In this document: positions 60,957 to 64,000 of the stretch, one piece after another | Layout: each line of letters opens with the position of its first letter | Position numbering within the stretch: position 1 is the first letter of the stretch | Source: an uncultured bacterium | Lineage (GTDB): Bacteria; Krumholzibacteriota; Krumholzibacteriia; Krumholzibacteriales; Krumholzibacteriaceae | Length of the DNA: 64,000 nucleotides | Assembly: GCA_963813815.1 (NCBI GenBank) | Contig: CAWFAD010000010.1 | Location: 64,001-128,000 of the forward strand | Direction: 5' to 3' | The notes under the pieces: generated by a model | The model's input: only the letters and a program-made list of their open reading frames with translations | The model's database searches: none | Told to the model about the DNA's origin: nothing | Made by a program: the position numbers and the translations under genes

Positions 60957-62261
60957 ATGATCGACTGGAAGGACAAGCGGGAGTTCTGGATAGCGGGGGC
61001 GCGGATCGCCGATCCCGGCGCGGAGCGGATGCGCGTCGGCTCGGTCTGCGTGCAGCGGGGAACGGTCTCGGAAATCGTTTGGCAGAAGAGCGTCGATACG
61101 GACCTCCCCGTGCTCGAGGCGGATCGCTTCGTGCTCGCGCCCGGCTTCATCGACGTCCACGCGCACCTGCGCGAGCCGGGATTCGAGGACAAGGAGACGA
61201 TCGAGACGGGCACCGCCGCCGCGGCCGCCGGCGGGTACACGGCGGTTCTCTGCATGGCGAACACGAACCCCGCGATCGACGATCCGAGCGTCGTGGAGTA
61301 TTTGAGCCGCCGGGCGGCGCTCGCCGGGCACTGTCGCCTCTACATCGCCGGCGCCCTCACGAAGGGGCTCGGGGGCGAGATCATCAACGAGTACGGGCTG
61401 CTGAAGCGCGCCGGCGTTTCGGCCCTCAGCGACGACGGCCGGTGGGTGACGAACAGCCAGGTGATGCGGACGGCCCTCGAGTACGCGAACCAGCACGCCC
61501 TCCCCGTGATCGCGCATTGCGAGGATTCGTTTCTCACGCAATCGTCCCTCATGAACGAGGGATACCACTCGACCCGGCTCGGACTTCGCGGCAACCCGGC
61601 CGCCGCGGAGGAAATCGCCGTTTCGCGCGACGTCATGCTCGCCGCGCTCACCGGGGCGCGTCTCCACGTGGCCCACGTCTCGACGGCGGGATCGGTCGAT
61701 ATCATCCGGCGCGCGAAGAAGCGGGGCGTGCGCGTGACGGCCGAGGCGACGCCGCACCATCTCACGCTCGACGACTCTCTCCTCGAAGGCTACGACACGA
61801 ACCTCAAAGTGCAGCCGCCGCTGCGCGGCAAGAAGGATATCGAGGCCCTTCGCGCGGGCCTGCTCGACGGGACGATCGACTGCGTCGCGACCGATCACGC
61901 CCCGCACACCGAGATCGACAAGCAAGTCGAGTTCGATGAGGCGCCCGCCGGCATGATCGGGCTCGAGACGGCCTTCGCCCATCTCCACACGGCTCTCGTG
62001 AAGCCGGGGATCGCCGATCTCCTCGATCTCGTCAGGTTCCTCACGGCGCGGCCCGCGGAGGCGCTCGGACTCGGCGGCGGATGCATCAAAAAGAACGCGC
62101 CGGCCGATCTCGTGATCATCGATCCGGAGGAGGAATGGACGTACGAGCGCGCGCTCATCCGGTCGCGCTCGAAGAACACGCCGCTCGCGGGTGCGGCCTT
62201 CACGGGAAGGGTGCAGGGCATTTTTCTCGAGGGCAAATGGAGAAGCGCCATTACGGGTTGA
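60957..62261 (+). CDS. pyrC: Dihydroorotase
   Basis: PGFIDVHAHLREPG, MANTNP, SDDG, HCED, TPHH, ATDHAPH. Confidence 0.93.
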   Translation: MIDWKDKREFWIAGARIADPGAERMRVGSVCVQRGTVSEIVWQKSVDTDLPVLEADRFVLAPGFIDVHAHLREPGFEDKETIETGTAAAAAGGYTAVLCMANTNPAIDDPSVVEYLSRRAALAGHCRLYIAGALTKGLGGEIINEYGLLKRAGVSALSDDGRWVTNSQVMRTALEYANQHALPVIAHCEDSFLTQSSLMNEGYHSTRLGLRGNPAAAEEIAVSRDVMLAALTGARLHVAHVSTAGSVDIIRRAKKRGVRVTAEATPHHLTLDDSLLEGYDTNLKVQPPLRGKKDIEALRAGLLDGTIDCVATDHAPHTEIDKQVEFDEAPAGMIGLETAFAHLHTALVKPGIADLLDLVRFLTARPAEALGLGGGCIKKNAPADLVIIDPEEEWTYERALIRSRSKNTPLAGAAFTGRVQGIFLEGKWRSAITG

Positions 62262-62332
62262 CGGGCGCCCCGGCGAACCGTCCCGAATCGACGCGCGGGC
62301 GCGGCAGGGCGCGCCCGGCGAGGAGCCGCGGC

Positions 62333-63823
62333 ATGAACGGACGAGCGGGTGTCGGTCTTCTCGCGGCGGCGGCGCTGCTCGCCGCCTGCACGGCATCGTG
62401 CGCCTATTACAACACCCTCTACAACGCCCGGAAGATCTACCGCGAAGCCGAAAAGGCCGCCGCGACGGGCGGCGCCCAGCCGCGCGAGCAGCGCGACAAA
62501 TACGAGAGCGTCGTCGAGAAGTGCGCCAAGGTGATTACGGAATACCCGAAGAGCCGCTGGATCGACGACGCCGTCTTCCTCATGGGCATGGCGCTGCTGC
62601 GGCAGGACGAGTACGATAAGAGCATCCGGAAATTTCAGGAGATTCTGACGAACTTCCCCGAGGGCGAATACGCGCCGCAGGCGCGGTACTGGATCGCTTT
62701 CGCGCGATACCGCAGGGAGGACTACGAGCCGGCGCTCGCGGACGTGAATCGATTCCTCGATGAGTATCCCCGGCACGAGCTCCTCTTCGAGACGCTGTTC
62801 CTCGGCGGCGATATCGAGCGCGCCCTCGGAGAGGACGAGGCCGCCATCGCGTTCTACGGGCGCGTCGCGGAGGCGGGCGCGGAGGACGATTTGCTCGACG
62901 AGGCCCGCGTGCGGAGCGCCGATCTCTTCTTCGAGCGGGGCGATTGGGGACGCGCGGCGGCGAACTACGAGCGGGTGCTCCGGAAGGGGCTCGCCTGGGA
63001 GCGCCGCTACGCGATTTCGCTCCGGCTCGGCGAATGCCGGGCGCGGACGGGAAAGTGCCGCGAGTCGCTCGAGCTCACGGACGGATTGATGCAGCGGGCG
63101 ACGGCGCAGCAGGTGCCGCCGATTCTCCTCGCGCGCGGGGCAGGGTACGAATGCATGGATTCCCTCGGCGCGGCGTTCGCCGCGTACGACGAGGTCATCG
63201 CCAAATACCCGAAGTCCCTCTTCTCCGCCGAGGCCTACTACCGGAAGGGCGTGCTGCTCGATGAGCGGCTCGATTCGCTCCGGGCCGCGGAAGAGGCCTT
63301 TTCGAAGGTGGGCGGGGAGTACGCGAACTCTCCGTTCGCGGCGGAGGCCCTCGAGAAGAGCGGCAGCATGAAGCGTCTCCTCGACCTGCGGCGCGCGGGG
63401 AAGGGCGGCGAGACGGCCGATCAGGCCGCCGAGAAGCTTTTCCTGTCGGCCGAGATACAGCTCGTGAAGCTCGGGGAGGTCGAGAAGGCGCTCGCCGGAT
63501 ACGAAGCGGTGCTCGACAGCTTTCCCGCCGCCGCCGTCGCGCCGCGGGCGGCCTACGCCGTCGCCTGGATACAGCGGTACCGGCTCGACCGGCCCGATTC
63601 GGCGGCCGCGCTCTATCGCGAGCTCGTCGAGCGGTATCCCCGGTCCCCGCAGGTCAAGGGCGCTCTCGACGAGCTCGAGACCCTCGTCGAGGGGGATCTC
63701 GTGCCGCGGCTTCGCGCGTACGCCGATTCCGCGCGGGCGGCACTCGCCGAGGCCGCCCGGGATACGCTCGCTCTCACGCCGCGACCGGATTCTTCGGCGA
63801 CCTCGCGGGGAGGCAACCCATGA
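62333..63823 (+). CDS. TPR-repeat lipoprotein (BamD/YfiO-like repeats)
   Basis: Lipobox TASC then AYYNTLYNA; repeated YPxS TPR units. Confidence 0.8.
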   Translation: MNGRAGVGLLAAAALLAACTASCAYYNTLYNARKIYREAEKAAATGGAQPREQRDKYESVVEKCAKVITEYPKSRWIDDAVFLMGMALLRQDEYDKSIRKFQEILTNFPEGEYAPQARYWIAFARYRREDYEPALADVNRFLDEYPRHELLFETLFLGGDIERALGEDEAAIAFYGRVAEAGAEDDLLDEARVRSADLFFERGDWGRAAANYERVLRKGLAWERRYAISLRLGECRARTGKCRESLELTDGLMQRATAQQVPPILLARGAGYECMDSLGAAFAAYDEVIAKYPKSLFSAEAYYRKGVLLDERLDSLRAAEEAFSKVGGEYANSPFAAEALEKSGSMKRLLDLRRAGKGGETADQAAEKLFLSAEIQLVKLGEVEKALAGYEAVLDSFPAAAVAPRAAYAVAWIQRYRLDRPDSAAALYRELVERYPRSPQVKGALDELETLVEGDLVPRLRAYADSARAALAEAARDTLALTPRPDSSATSRGGNP

Positions 63824-64000
63824 GCGCTGCGGGTAAGGGGCTCTGGAAGGCCGCGCTTCGGCGCGTCGCGCATCTTTCGCCGTCCTGCAGTCTCCTCGTG
63901 TTCGAGCGTCCGGCGGGATTTCCCGACGCCGAGCCCGGCCAGTTCGTGTCGGTCCGCGTATCGGGCGCCCCGGCGCCGCTGCTCCGGCGTCCCTACAGCA
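63820..64000 (+). CDS. pyrK: Dihydroorotate dehydrogenase electron-transfer subunit (partial)
   Basis: MSAAGKG...AEPGQFVSVRV...PLLRRPYS FAD-binding motif; ATGA overlap; pyr operon context. Confidence 0.7.
   Translation, partial: MSAAGKGLWKAALRRVAHLSPSCSLLVFERPAGFPDAEPGQFVSVRVSGAPAPLLRRPYS

Overview
A very GC-rich bacterial chromosomal window, densely coding, with no integrase, transposase, prophage or CRISPR array visible. Lipoproteins, a GT9 heptosyltransferase and secreted proteins ending in STWGxxKxLYR suggest a diderm, possibly a Krumholzibacteriota/Latescibacterota-like lineage (inference only). Most genes are housekeeping or metabolic: two transporters with a DUF362 Fe-S protein, a polyamine operon (pyruvoyl arginine decarboxylase, agmatinase, deoxyhypusine-synthase-like), comM/yifB, nth, nfo, trxB, tRNA-Val(CAC), several secreted peptidases, rsgA, a TPR-TPR-FHA-phosphoesterase-Ser/Thr kinase operon, queD-queC-DUF366-queE, HU, rsmI, tmk, dusB-larB-larC, and a PyrR-attenuated pyr operon. 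Features the ORF track misses or splits: (1) a UshA-like gene with an in-frame TGA in a C-G-U motif followed by a SECIS-like hairpin, a candidate selenoprotein, downstream of a giant sigma54 activator, a PTS IIA and a zinc-ribbon gene; (2) two related tiny Lys-rich ORFs, one free-standing (4388-4498) and one nested in-frame at the end of pyrR (59805-59900); (3) a 35-codon ORF that joins the N- and C-termini of a DRG/TGS-type GTPase; (4) a tandem trio of Cys-rich secreted paralogues with conserved 77-bp spacers. About 11 single-base frameshifts, mostly in short homopolymers, point to long-read assembly errors, so broken genes should be read with caution.
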